A stretch of DNA of 64,000 bases from a virus, in IMG/VR virus record IMGVR_UViG_3300032180_000006, positions 6,265-70,264 of that record; one strand, 5' to 3'. Shown piece after piece: positions 15,074 through 24,041 of this stretch. Every line of letters starts with the position of its first letter. Position 1 is the stretch's first letter. The notes under the pieces were generated by a model. It was not told the DNA's origin and made no database searches. It saw only the letters and a list, made by a program, of their open reading frames with translations. The position numbers were made by a program, and so were the translations under genes.

Positions 15074-16038
15074 ATATCTCTTTTATCGCGCAGCCCGGTG
15101 AATACCGGGTGACGCGGTTTATCCTTCATACCTATCTGTAGAAATTTGTAGCGTACGATTTTGCCAACAGCTTCGTCGCGGAAGTCCCAGAAGCTACGAC
15201 GTTCTTCTGCACTGAACCCGGTACCGATGTTGAACGCTACCTTGGTCTTAAGGTCACGTACATGCAACGCGCCCATCGTACCGCCCGCCGTGCGGTTTGC
15301 TTTGTGCGTGCTGCGCTCGGTGTGTCCAAGTGCGTTGATAGTGGCTGTGTTTTCGTTGTGCAGCAATTCAAGCACGCCAAGGATACGTGCCTCACCATCC
15401 TTAAAGCGCTTCAACTTCAGCAGCCCGCCTTCGCGCAGAGTGCTTCGTCCCTGCTTATACTTGCCGAAAGGGTCGCGCATGCAGATACCTTCGTATCCTT
15501 CACCAAGGCAGAATCGCTCAAACCGTTGCAGCGCTTCAACATCGTCAATCTGCTGCTGCGGTACTTTTTGAAGGCAGCTTTGCACTAGACTACGATTATT
15601 TAAACGAATAGGCCAGTTCGGCAAGTCGTGACGTGCGCGTCTAATCAATTTATCTGCCCAAACTAATCGTTTATGAAAAGCCGTATGCTCAGCCTTAACG
15701 CCATAAAGAAGTTCGTGCGCGTCAATTACCCAAAACGTCACTTCTGGCTTGCCATCAACGCTCATCACGGCGCTGCTGGTACGGCGGAACACAGCGCTAC
15801 CATCGGCAGGCGGGCCAACTACAAGTTCACCGTCAAGCCCGTTGAGCCCAGCGCGGCCGAATATCTGCTGCACATAAGCATTCGGTATGAGTTTTAGATT
15901 CCTGCTCCACACCTGCCCGTGCTGCACCGTGGCGCGCACACCGTCCAGCTTAGGGCTTGCCAGCAGCGGGTAGAACAGCGTTGCCGGGTTAGTTACCTTG
16001 GCCGCGAGCATTGGTTTAAAGAACTGTAGTTTCGCCAT
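15070..16038 (-). CDS. ATP-dependent DNA ligase
   Basis: SPKLDGVR, LDGEL, GYEG, LKLK, IGTGF, PRHPVF. Confidence 0.93.
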   Translation of the reverse strand: MAKLQFFKPMLAAKVTNPATLFYPLLASPKLDGVRATVQHGQVWSRNLKLIPNAYVQQIFGRAGLNGLDGELVVGPPADGSAVFRRTSSAVMSVDGKPEVTFWVIDAHELLYGVKAEHTAFHKRLVWADKLIRRARHDLPNWPIRLNNRSLVQSCLQKVPQQQIDDVEALQRFERFCLGEGYEGICMRDPFGKYKQGRSTLREGGLLKLKRFKDGEARILGVLELLHNENTATINALGHTERSTHKANRTAGGTMGALHVRDLKTKVAFNIGTGFSAEERRSFWDFRDEAVGKIVRYKFLQIGMKDKPRHPVFTGLRDKRDI

Positions 16039-16273
16039 GTTTGTTATGCCAATCGTTATGTCTTTCTAAATCAAGTTTATCTATCAACGCACCGCACGTT
16101 AAGCAGTTATAGATCATGCGAATTCCTGCTACAACACCAAAGTTAAACCGTTCTGTCACAGTGCAGGTTATAGGTGGTGGTATTTCAACGTACTCATGAA
16201 ATCCAACCTGCTTCGGATTTTTGTGGATGCTGTTGTTTGGCGACATGTCGCACTTAGAACATTGGCCAATCAT
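16016..16273 (-). CDS. Hypothetical Cys/His protein
   Basis: Coupled ORF; CLTCGAL..H..WH. Confidence 0.55.
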   Translation of the reverse strand: MIGQCSKCDMSPNNSIHKNPKQVGFHEYVEIPPPITCTVTERFNFGVVAGIRMIYNCLTCGALIDKLDLERHNDWHNKHGETTVL

Positions 16274-16460
16274 ATCTTTTCCTTAAGTCGTGTCACGATT
16301 ACGCCATGCCACGGACGGTGAAAGAAACTTTGGTGCTGTGCGCATAAATTGACTTTAAGTGTTACGATGCCAACCACGCGACAAAGGTTCGTTCTTGCGC
16401 GAACTGCGCAGCATCTAATAAGGCGCGCACCATTCCACGTAACAGCCGCGCATCCCGCTG

Positions 16461-16676
16461 TCATACACGCACCATCACAACCCAGCGCACGCAGCGCCAG
16501 TTCGCCTTCACCAGCCTGAACAGCCAACGCGGGCAGCCCTTGCGCCGATGCCATGCCTGCGCCTTACCCTGCAAGCGCTGAGCTATTACATATATAGGTT
16601 GCCCGCCGTGGTCGGTACCTATAGGTTCGAGCGGTATATCGCGGATGCCGTTGTTTCGCAGAACGGGTTGCTGCAT
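16461..16676 (-). CDS. Hypothetical protein
   Basis: AAGGAG RBS, TAATG coupling. Confidence 0.5.
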   Translation of the reverse strand: MQQPVLRNNGIRDIPLEPIGTDHGGQPIYVIAQRLQGKAQAWHRRKGCPRWLFRLVKANWRCVRWVVMVRV

Positions 16677-16861
16677 TAAGTTTTCTCCTTGATTGTGTAG
16701 TATTGATGCAACCAGCCGATAAACCTATCAAGCGCGTCGCCATGTAATTCTGATGTTTCTTCCGGATCGTGAATGCCGTCTAGGTATTCTTTGATCAAAT
16801 TTAACTGTTGCTTTTCTTGCTGCTCTTGTTCAATCTGTTCCTGCTCCGACTGGTTAGGCAT
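16676..16861 (-). CDS. Hypothetical protein
   Basis: TAATG coupling on both sides. Confidence 0.6.
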   Translation of the reverse strand: MPNQSEQEQIEQEQQEKQQLNLIKEYLDGIHDPEETSELHGDALDRFIGWLHQYYTIKEKT

Positions 16862-17142
16862 TACTTCTTTTCCTTGTCGTTGCTGCGATTGTTGCGCGTG
16901 GTGCGATGCGTGCGCAGCAGCCCGCGCATGGACGTAATTTCCTGCTGGAAGAACTGCGAAACTGATTGCGACCGATTGTAGCTTTCAATAATACGGTTGA
17001 ACGCAGTCAAGTCCCACATATACACAGGGGCAGACCTAGTAAAGCGCTGTTGCGCGCCGTCAACGATACTACTCAACAGCAGCCCGCTATCCATCCACTG
17101 GTGCAGTTGAGCTGAAGTTAAATGTACCGTGTTCTTAGACAT
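16861..17142 (-). CDS. Hypothetical protein
   Basis: Coupled ORF. Confidence 0.6.
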   Translation of the reverse strand: MSKNTVHLTSAQLHQWMDSGLLLSSIVDGAQQRFTRSAPVYMWDLTAFNRIIESYNRSQSVSQFFQQEITSMRGLLRTHRTTRNNRSNDKEKK

Positions 17143-17545
17143 GCGCGGCTCGTACTTTCTCTACGTTCGGTTTATCGCTTTTAAATCGACCGCTGCGCGT
17201 TGTTTCTACGACGAACGTGGTATGTGCATAGGCGCGCTGGGTGGCCAGATACTGCGACTTGCGATTAAACACTGGTCGCTTCTCATGGTCAACGACAGGT
17301 ATCATTTCATTTTCGCAAAGCCAGTTGCGTTTTCCAAACTGGTCAGTCACCAGATACCCGTACTCATCACCGCGCCGCCAGTGCGTAATCATGGTAACGT
17401 AGCCTTCGCGCTGGCAGGCGCGCACTTCTCGCCGCCCTGTTTCTGGGTTAGCTGAAAGTGAAACCGTTACGCACGGCGTATTTTCGTGATGCTCATGTAG
17501 CAGGTAGGTAACAATCTGGAACATGCTGAATTGTGGTCGATTCAC
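17135..17545 (-). CDS. Hypothetical protein
   Basis: AAGGA RBS, GTG start. Confidence 0.55.
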   Translation of the reverse strand: MNRPQFSMFQIVTYLLHEHHENTPCVTVSLSANPETGRREVRACQREGYVTMITHWRRGDEYGYLVTDQFGKRNWLCENEMIPVVDHEKRPVFNRKSQYLATQRAYAHTTFVVETTRSGRFKSDKPNVEKVRAAHV

Positions 17546-17733
17546 GAGCGTCCTTTCTTTATAAGGTCATTGAGTTTGTCGTTCAGATTTATAGTCAGTT
17601 TAGCCAATGCTTCAAAGAATTCGGCAATGGCTAGATTTTTTAAAGACTCGCCGCTAACACCTGCATCATACTTTTCTCTTATGCTTTTGTTTAGGTTTGG
17701 CATCAGTCTAACCCTCCTTGTGTTGGTAGTTAC

Positions 17734-18138
17734 CTACCATTTCATTCCTTTTAATTTGACAACGAAAGCAGCGTACCCACCGAATTCATTTACAAAGGCG
17801 CGAATACGTTGTTCTTGTTTTGCAAATTCCTGCGTCGCATCTGTCTCAGCCTGCATCAATTCGCGTTTCAAACGTGCGACACGTTGAGCAGCAGTTTCGC
17901 GGGACTTACGTTGAGAAGTCCCATAACGAGCGCGAAATGCTCGTCTACGCGGACACTCTAGCAACCTTGCGATTGCCGAAATGTACCCTGTTAAACTTGT
18001 TTGCCGTTCTGCGCCTAAAGAGATACCGCAAAGTTCAGCAACATCCTTATTTTGCAGCGAATGGTCGTTGTAGGCTTCCCGAAAGGTTGCTAATTTATCG
18101 GGGTTATCAGTTATCCATTGACTAGCGCTCGTGCTCAT
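17734..18138 (-). CDS. Hypothetical protein, possible HTH plus coiled coil
   Basis: NKDVAELCGIS; AAGGAG RBS. Confidence 0.55.
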   Translation of the reverse strand: MSTSASQWITDNPDKLATFREAYNDHSLQNKDVAELCGISLGAERQTSLTGYISAIARLLECPRRRAFRARYGTSQRKSRETAAQRVARLKRELMQAETDATQEFAKQEQRIRAFVNEFGGYAAFVVKLKGMKW

Positions 18139-18611
18139 TTGAATAGCTCCTTTATATCCAAGTTAATCAGCTCTTCATATACCTGCACCATGTACCAGCA
18201 TTCAGGCATATCATCCAGCCATGCAGCGCCGCGTTCGTCTTCCATGAACTGGAACACAAGACTGCTGACTATGTGCATGTCTGGATGGTTGTAGCGTTCT
18301 CCCGTTGGCAAGGTGCGGCTTAGGTCGGCCTCAAGCACCGTAGCGGCCATGCGACGCAGCAGCGCCGTGTAGTCGTCCACAATCTGCTGGTTAAAACGCC
18401 GCACGCCTATCACGGCCAGCAGCACCACGGTCGGCAGCAGGTCCACGGGCAGACGTTCAACCTGCATAACCTGCCCAGCAGCCAGCGCCGTTATAAGGTT
18501 GCTGCGGTTGACCGGATTGTAGATGCCGCTAAGGAAGTGCTCGGTTTGCGGTGTCATATTAGTACTCGTAGCATCCACCCACGCATGCTTCCGGGTCTTT
18601 GCAGTAGCCAT
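18135..18611 (-). CDS. Hypothetical protein
   Basis: ORF in operon; start uncertain. Confidence 0.55.
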   Translation of the reverse strand: MATAKTRKHAWVDATSTNMTPQTEHFLSGIYNPVNRSNLITALAAGQVMQVERLPVDLLPTVVLLAVIGVRRFNQQIVDDYTALLRRMAATVLEADLSRTLPTGERYNHPDMHIVSSLVFQFMEDERGAAWLDDMPECWYMVQVYEELINLDIKELFK

Positions 18612-18828
18612 TGCATTTTTTGTTTGACTTTGCTTTTTTCGGCGTTTGAGTTGGCATCGCAATGCACTTGCGCAACAATACGTTCAAGTGCCGGATGGTT
18701 ACGTTGTAACTTTCATTGCCGCGTGTCTCTTTGGCAAGACGCGCCACAAGCTGGACGGCTTTCTGTTTACCAAGTTCTTCAATCATGATGAAAGAAACCT
18801 TGGCGAGTGTGGCTTTACTTGCTGGCAT
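18559..18828 (-). CDS. Hypothetical protein
   Basis: GGAGG RBS. Confidence 0.55.
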   Translation of the reverse strand: MPASKATLAKVSFIMIEELGKQKAVQLVARLAKETRGNESYNVTIRHLNVLLRKCIAMPTQTPKKAKSNKKCNGYCKDPEACVGGCYEY

Positions 18829-19105
18829 GTCCCGTCCTCCACTTCATTCTAATAGCAATAACAACTTTCTCAGCCCGCCAGCCATCACGCATCAGTGCTT
18901 CTTTGCTCATACCTGTTCCCATCATGCGTGTTCTAGATACGTACCGCCACAAGGCAGCGCGGTCAGTAGCTACCGCGTATACAACACCAGCGGGCTTACC
19001 GGGCTTTGTACTGCGCCGTACGAGCATCCATAGATGACCTTCATCCATGATTCGCAGACTGCCTTCCACGTGCATCGGTTCTAGTAATTTTAGGTCATTT
19101 GCCAC
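18815..19105 (-). CDS. Hypothetical protein
   Basis: ORF in operon. Confidence 0.55.
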   Translation of the reverse strand: MANDLKLLEPMHVEGSLRIMDEGHLWMLVRRSTKPGKPAGVVYAVATDRAALWRYVSRTRMMGTGMSKEALMRDGWRAEKVVIAIRMKWRTGHASK

Positions 19106-19478
19106 GGCGCACCGCCTGCTTGAATTTGTATTTGCGTAATTCAGTACGTAGGGGAAAGTGACCTTTAAGGTTGTCGTTCACAAAGTTCCGTACCGTGCGC
19201 GTAGAACGAAACCAAGATGTTATCAGCTCATCTACAGCCTGTTCAAGCGTTGATTCAGTGCTGGTCAATAGAATTTCAAAGTCCTTAGGGTCCCTACCAT
19301 TGTAGCGCTTCAGGCTGGCGTAGAACTGTCCCGGTTCGTCGCCATTATACGGAAGAAAAGCAATTTGGATACCGGGTGACAGCTTGTCACGAGGGTAGAG
19401 TTCAGTTAAGGCTTGCAAGAACAGAGCCAGCTTACTCTGCTTCGCAGGTTTAGCACGACGCTTCTTTGCGCGCTGCAT
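19095..19478 (-). CDS. Hypothetical protein
   Basis: GAGG RBS, first gene after a promoter. Confidence 0.65.
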   Translation of the reverse strand: MQRAKKRRAKPAKQSKLALFLQALTELYPRDKLSPGIQIAFLPYNGDEPGQFYASLKRYNGRDPKDFEILLTSTESTLEQAVDELITSWFRSTRTVRNFVNDNLKGHFPLRTELRKYKFKQAVRRGK

Positions 19479-19511
19479 GTTTCTTACCTCGGTTGTAGGA
19501 TTGATGCGCCT

Positions 19512-19540
19512 ATTATACGCCTGTAACTACACAGATACAA
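19512..19540 (-). promoter_or_regulatory. Sigma70-like promoter with TGTAGTTACA operator
   Basis: TTGTAT-17 nt-TATAAT. Confidence 0.7.
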
Positions 19541-20162
19541 CAGGTTTGTTTATCAATCTGTAGTTCTCCATCATCTGGTAGTTCAACACCACGTCCTGAT
19601 CAATATCCAGTGCCATACGCAGCAGCCACGGCAGATTAGGGATTGAATTCTGCGTTGTAATGTGATTGATGTTCTCCGTTGTGATTTGCTCGTGTTCCAA
19701 ACTACGCAACGCCATGAAAGGTTGCATGGTTTGCGCAAACCCGCGCAGGAAGTGACATTCGTAACTGCGATCTGGATTTCCAGTTCGCACCTGCTTACCG
19801 TACACGGTGCAATAGTGTTGCCAATTCACAAACTCAACGCTGGTTTCTTCCTTGAACTCACGTATCTGTGCCTGCAACGGTGTTTCAAGTTTGTCGTAAG
19901 TGTACTTCGTGCATACATGCTTCAGCATATGTCTATTTTTATAGCACTCAGTACAGCCATAGGGTTGATTCGGCATATAGCGCAGCATGTGTACACTTTC
20001 AATATGAAAGCAATCACCACACAACCTTTCAATCTTGCCGCCGATACCGTTCAGCAGACCCGCTTGCCATGCTGGTTTCTGCTTGCGCACCAGCGCCACC
20101 AGCATCAAGGGCTTGTGAATAAGAAAACCGCAGACGTTAAGAAAACCGCAGACGTAGTTCAT
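19527..20162 (-). CDS. Nudix hydrolase with Cys/His-rich insertion
   Basis: WQAGLLNGIGGKIE-[insert]-ETPLQAQIREFKEET; IPNLPWL. Confidence 0.85.
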   Translation of the reverse strand: MNYVCGFLNVCGFLIHKPLMLVALVRKQKPAWQAGLLNGIGGKIERLCGDCFHIESVHMLRYMPNQPYGCTECYKNRHMLKHVCTKYTYDKLETPLQAQIREFKEETSVEFVNWQHYCTVYGKQVRTGNPDRSYECHFLRGFAQTMQPFMALRSLEHEQITTENINHITTQNSIPNLPWLLRMALDIDQDVVLNYQMMENYRLINKPVVSV

Positions 20163-20429
20163 TCAAAACAACCTTTCAAATACATGAAACACAAGTCTGT
20201 CAAATAAAACCGTGCCTATGTATTGTTTCTTGATAATAGGAGCTATTGGATGCCCGGTGCCGCGTATCTCAAAATGTCTATGCTCCTTTGTTTTCTCTAG
20301 TGGATCAACTTCAGCCCACACGCAAACATCGCCAGCCTGCGTATTTACATGCAAAATCTTCGCGCCCATCGGCATGTCAATCGTTTGCGAATCAGCAACC
20401 TTCAATGTGAATTTCCAGATTGTTGTCAT
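20163..20429 (-). CDS. Conserved phage hypothetical protein
   Basis: TIWKF...MPMGAKIL...WAEVDP...GTGH...YIGT...LVFHVFE. Confidence 0.7.
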   Translation of the reverse strand: MTTIWKFTLKVADSQTIDMPMGAKILHVNTQAGDVCVWAEVDPLEKTKEHRHFEIRGTGHPIAPIIKKQYIGTVLFDRLVFHVFERLF

Positions 20430-20577
20430 TGCTCTAACTCCTTGATAGCAGCATAGATTGCCAGTACCACATCGGCGACAGCGCCGCTGCACGTCCAACC
20501 TCGACTTCGTACAAAATACTTGGTCTTAAGTATATTGAAGATTTGCTTCAAACTACCAAGTTCTTCTTCCTGTTTTG

Positions 20578-20835
20578 TCATTTCGCTCCTCCTACAAAAC
20601 CCGGCATACGTTCAACCGGGTTGGCTGCTTCTACATTGTTATTGCGCAGTACCACTTCAATTCCTCTGTATCGCGTGCGCGTGCCTCGTTTAAGATTCCA
20701 GCGCAGCGCATCAACGTCAGTACCATACAACTTGCCAAACGGCAACCAGTCTTTAACTTCATCGTTCCACACTTCAATCGTACGGTCTGGCCCGCGTCTC
20801 ATCATACGCACCCTCTTCCTTCGCATTTCGCGCAT
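20578..20835 (-). CDS. Hypothetical protein
   Basis: ORF in operon. Confidence 0.5.
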   Translation of the reverse strand: MREMRRKRVRMMRRGPDRTIEVWNDEVKDWLPFGKLYGTDVDALRWNLKRGTRTRYRGIEVVLRNNNVEAANPVERMPGFVGGAK

Positions 20836-21245
20836 GCGCTGCGGTTAGATTTCTTAAAATCGGAATTCGTCTTACCTTTACCGTTGCAGCTAGAGCACCA
20901 GCGCAGCCCGCCAAGTTGCAGCTTAGTATCGTACGTCTTGCGCAATGCCCTATCGCGCAGTGTTGCTCGCGCCTCAGTAAGCTGAGCGAACTGTACTGTA
21001 GCTTCACATACCGGGCATCCACGCTGTCGCCCACCTGCTACACAGTCAGCATGCGTGCGCCGTGCACCAGCCCATTGAAGCACTTTGTCTGGATGTAATT
21101 TTTCAGCCAGCTCTTTGAACCGCGCTTCAATCTGCTCTAGTGTGGCCGCTACAGGTACGCCAAGCAGCCCGTAGTAAGTGGTTGCGTACAAGGCGGATTG
21201 TATGTGTGTAGTTTTGCCTGCTTGGCGTGCGCCGCCGAACTTCAT
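20802..21245 (-). CDS. DnaJ-like co-chaperone (J domain plus zinc finger)
   Basis: YYGLLGV...LHPDK...RKTYD; CSSCNGKG and CAKCEGRG. Confidence 0.85.
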   Translation of the reverse strand: MKFGGARQAGKTTHIQSALYATTYYGLLGVPVAATLEQIEARFKELAEKLHPDKVLQWAGARRTHADCVAGGRQRGCPVCEATVQFAQLTEARATLRDRALRKTYDTKLQLGGLRWCSSCNGKGKTNSDFKKSNRSACAKCEGRGCV

Positions 21246-21830
21246 CGCAGCACCCGCGCTCGTATGTAAGTATCGTGAGGTAGATTCAACGGCAACGGCT
21301 CCCACGTCTTGCCGTTGTCAAAACTGAATTCAAGCACACTGCCTTCAGGCCAGTACAATTCTGGTACTTGCGGTTTACCATCTACCGCAACACTTAGTCG
21401 CGTAACGGGTGAAGGTTTTTCTAACTGCGTTCTGGGCCAGACTGCATACATAATGGCCGCACATACCAGCACGGCCAGCGCCAGCGACCATCCCCAACTA
21501 TTTCTTTCCGATTGCATCTTGCAATTCCTTTCGTCGTTTGGCAAGTTTGATTTTCATTGTATACCAGCGTTCAATGCTGGCATGCGCTACCGACACCGCT
21601 GCGTAGAACAAGAACCCAGCACCGAAGGTGTAATGCAGCGCGCTGACTAGGTACTGCAAAGGCTTGTCGGTCATTTCAGCTCCACGCAGGTTGCGTTCAC
21701 AAAGCGATCATGCCAGTAGTTCGCTTCCTGCGTAGCCTGCTGAGCTACCTTAACTCCCTTATGTAGTGTAAACAGCAAAAACACCAACAGGATTGTACCT
21801 AACACAATAATAAGTGGTTTCATTCAAAAC

Positions 21831-22124
21831 CTATCCTTTCCTGCTGAACGCTCCGCCGCGGAATACACTCAGCATTCTACCCATGATCTTACCGAACTTA
21901 CTGCGCTGTGCAGCGGGCTGCTTCAGCTCTTTCTTCGCCTGCTGACGCTCTGTGTCCTGGCGCTGCTTGGTTGTGTTGTCAAACAAAGTTTGCAGGAAGG
22001 CACGCTTGCGCGCTCCAGGTGCTTCGCTCTGTTGGTTGTTGTAGCTGCCATACTTGCGAGTCTGCGCACGCCTGCGCTTAACAGCGCCGATGCGCGGGCT
22101 GGTGTTACATACGTTTGTACTCAT
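21831..22124 (-). CDS. Hypothetical basic protein
   Basis: GGAGG RBS after a promoter. Confidence 0.6.
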   Translation of the reverse strand: MSTNVCNTSPRIGAVKRRRAQTRKYGSYNNQQSEAPGARKRAFLQTLFDNTTKQRQDTERQQAKKELKQPAAQRSKFGKIMGRMLSVFRGGAFSRKG

Positions 22125-22154
22125 ATCCCTCCATAGATTTGTGTGATGGCGAAC

Positions 22155-22184
22155 ATTGTAGTTACAAAGTTACACGAGGCGCAA
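22155..22184 (-). promoter_or_regulatory. Sigma70-like promoter with operator overlapping -10
   Basis: TTGCGC-18 nt-TACAAT; TGTAACTACA. Confidence 0.5.
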
Positions 22185-22196
22185 GTAACAAGTTAG

Positions 22197-22589
22197 CTAA
22201 CCTGCGCCTTTCGGGTTTAGATTGTTGCGCTCGCTCCACGGACGGTAATGGTGCAGCTTGTTGCGCGTCTGCTTGGTCATAGGTTGCGTGAACAGCGCTG
22301 TTCTACCTTGGCTATGGTTATCTGGGTCAGTCCATGTTTCAAATTCGACCTTTAGATTAACCAGATTGCCGCATACAGCTTCTAGTTGCTGCTCATCAGG
22401 CAAACCTACGATGATCACGTTCGGATGGCCGTTAGGTCTGCTGCCCGAGGTGAATGCTTCTGCTAAGGGCATATTGCGCACCATATCGACGCCTGCTTCA
22501 ATGGCGGCATGCGCCACGGCAACAAGCTGCTCCCAGTTGAACAAGTCCTGCCGCACAAAGATAAATACATATGCTTCATCAAGATTCAT
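22197..22589 (-). CDS. Peptidyl-tRNA hydrolase 2-like protein
   Basis: IFVRQDL...AVAHAA...IIVG.DEQQL...W.DPD...TAL.TQP. Confidence 0.7.
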   Translation of the reverse strand: MNLDEAYVFIFVRQDLFNWEQLVAVAHAAIEAGVDMVRNMPLAEAFTSGSRPNGHPNVIIVGLPDEQQLEAVCGNLVNLKVEFETWTDPDNHSQGRTALFTQPMTKQTRNKLHHYRPWSERNNLNPKGAG

Positions 22590-22599
22590 AGATTCTCCT

Positions 22600-22824
22600 T
22601 TAAAACATACCAGCGATGCGCCCGCAATAGTAGCGCCACGCATCATCTATTTCTGCTATGTGTTCCGGGAACACAGCATAGTAGGTAATCAACCGCAAAG
22701 CAAAAGCCAACGAAGACAAGTAACCTCGCATTCGTTGCTCAGCCTTGAGCCTATCCATATGCGTAGCAAACAATAGATACTCCTCTTTATTTTGCTGTAT
22801 GCGCAGCGCACCAATACCGATCAT
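22600..22824 (-). CDS. Hypothetical protein
   Basis: ATGA coupling. Confidence 0.5.
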   Translation of the reverse strand: MIGIGALRIQQNKEEYLLFATHMDRLKAEQRMRGYLSSLAFALRLITYYAVFPEHIAEIDDAWRYYCGRIAGMF

Positions 22825-23492
22825 GGTTTAATCACTCCCGCCCTAATTTCCTCAATATACTTTTCAAGATAGTGTTGCGCCTTCTCAAGGTCTTGCAGCC
22901 CATTCTTAAACTTCCACCGCTCCACGTATTTGGTGATCACGCCCTGGAAGTAATCAAATTTCTTCAGCGCCGCGTAATCCCAGTGCTGCATCTCAGAACC
23001 GTGCACACGGTAGTGATCGCCACCCACCTGCCTCGCATTCGCACCCTCTTTGTGGTCATACTGATCAGATGGTCTGTTCGCTGATTCAATCTTAACGGTG
23101 ATGGGCTCTTTCCTGTCCATGATGCTGAGTATAGCCGCGTCTAACTTCTCTGCTGCGATACTGTGATACTCATGCGATCCATGTGTCTGCTGCGCCAGCA
23201 TTTCTTTAGCAGCTTCAAACAATTCACGTACTTGGTTCTCTGTGGCGTTCAATGGTATCTGTGTCATGGTTTCTCCTTGGCCGCCTTGTATCTGCGTTAT
23301 CCCTTCCCAACAGTAGTCCCACTCATCGCACAGATAGTCAATCGCATCAAACTGCCGTGCCGTGGGTCGAAGTGTTCTGTCCTTGCGCCGTATAATACCC
23401 TTGTCGTCAATAAAGTTGTCGCCCAGCACATTCCACGCCTGCACATCCCCTTCAGGAAACTTCGCTCGTAGCCTTTCACTTGCTTGTGGCAT
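22821..23492 (-). CDS. DUF3310 domain protein with N-terminal extension
   Basis: QVGGDHY...G.ITKYV.RW..KNG.QDLEKA.HYL. Confidence 0.85.
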   Translation of the reverse strand: MPQASERLRAKFPEGDVQAWNVLGDNFIDDKGIIRRKDRTLRPTARQFDAIDYLCDEWDYCWEGITQIQGGQGETMTQIPLNATENQVRELFEAAKEMLAQQTHGSHEYHSIAAEKLDAAILSIMDRKEPITVKIESANRPSDQYDHKEGANARQVGGDHYRVHGSEMQHWDYAALKKFDYFQGVITKYVERWKFKNGLQDLEKAQHYLEKYIEEIRAGVIKP

Positions 23493-23501
23493 GCTTCTCC
23501 T

Positions 23502-23720
23502 TTAACCTAGATTTATGCTGCACTTCGTGCAGTGACTATACATAAACCCGCCATCGTCGATGTGTGGGTTGCAGTTCTGCTGTGCTACAACCAACTCATC
23601 TCGGATTTCTTTATGCTTCTGCTCCAGTGCTTGTTCTAGCGGCGGTATTTCTTGGTCTAGCCGACGGCAGTAGCGTTGCCACGGCGTTTCATCAACAACA
23701 GCCTTAACAGTTATCGCCAA
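23502..23720 (-). CDS. Hypothetical protein
   Basis: AGGAGG RBS, TTG start. Confidence 0.55.
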   Translation of the reverse strand: MAITVKAVVDETPWQRYCRRLDQEIPPLEQALEQKHKEIRDELVVAQQNCNPHIDDGGFMYSHCTKCSINLG

Positions 23721-24041
23721 TTAATCCAACCTCCTATCCGGTGTCATTTGCTTTACCTTGTTCTCAAGTTTATCAATTCTACTTTCTACAATCAGAACAC
23801 CGATGAACGTACCAATCGTGAAAAACGATAATACGATTAACCACGTGTAAGCCCATTCCATTAGAATTTCTCCTTTAATCGTACATTTCTTCGTACGTGT
23901 TTTTCCTACGCAACATGCGACACGTCTGGCATTCGTGTAGATGCCAGTACAGGCGCGTGCATTCTCCATCTTTAGTAATGCACACTTCATTACCTTGTGA
24001 TCTCACAATACGCTGCGCTAGTTCGCACAAATCAGATTTCA

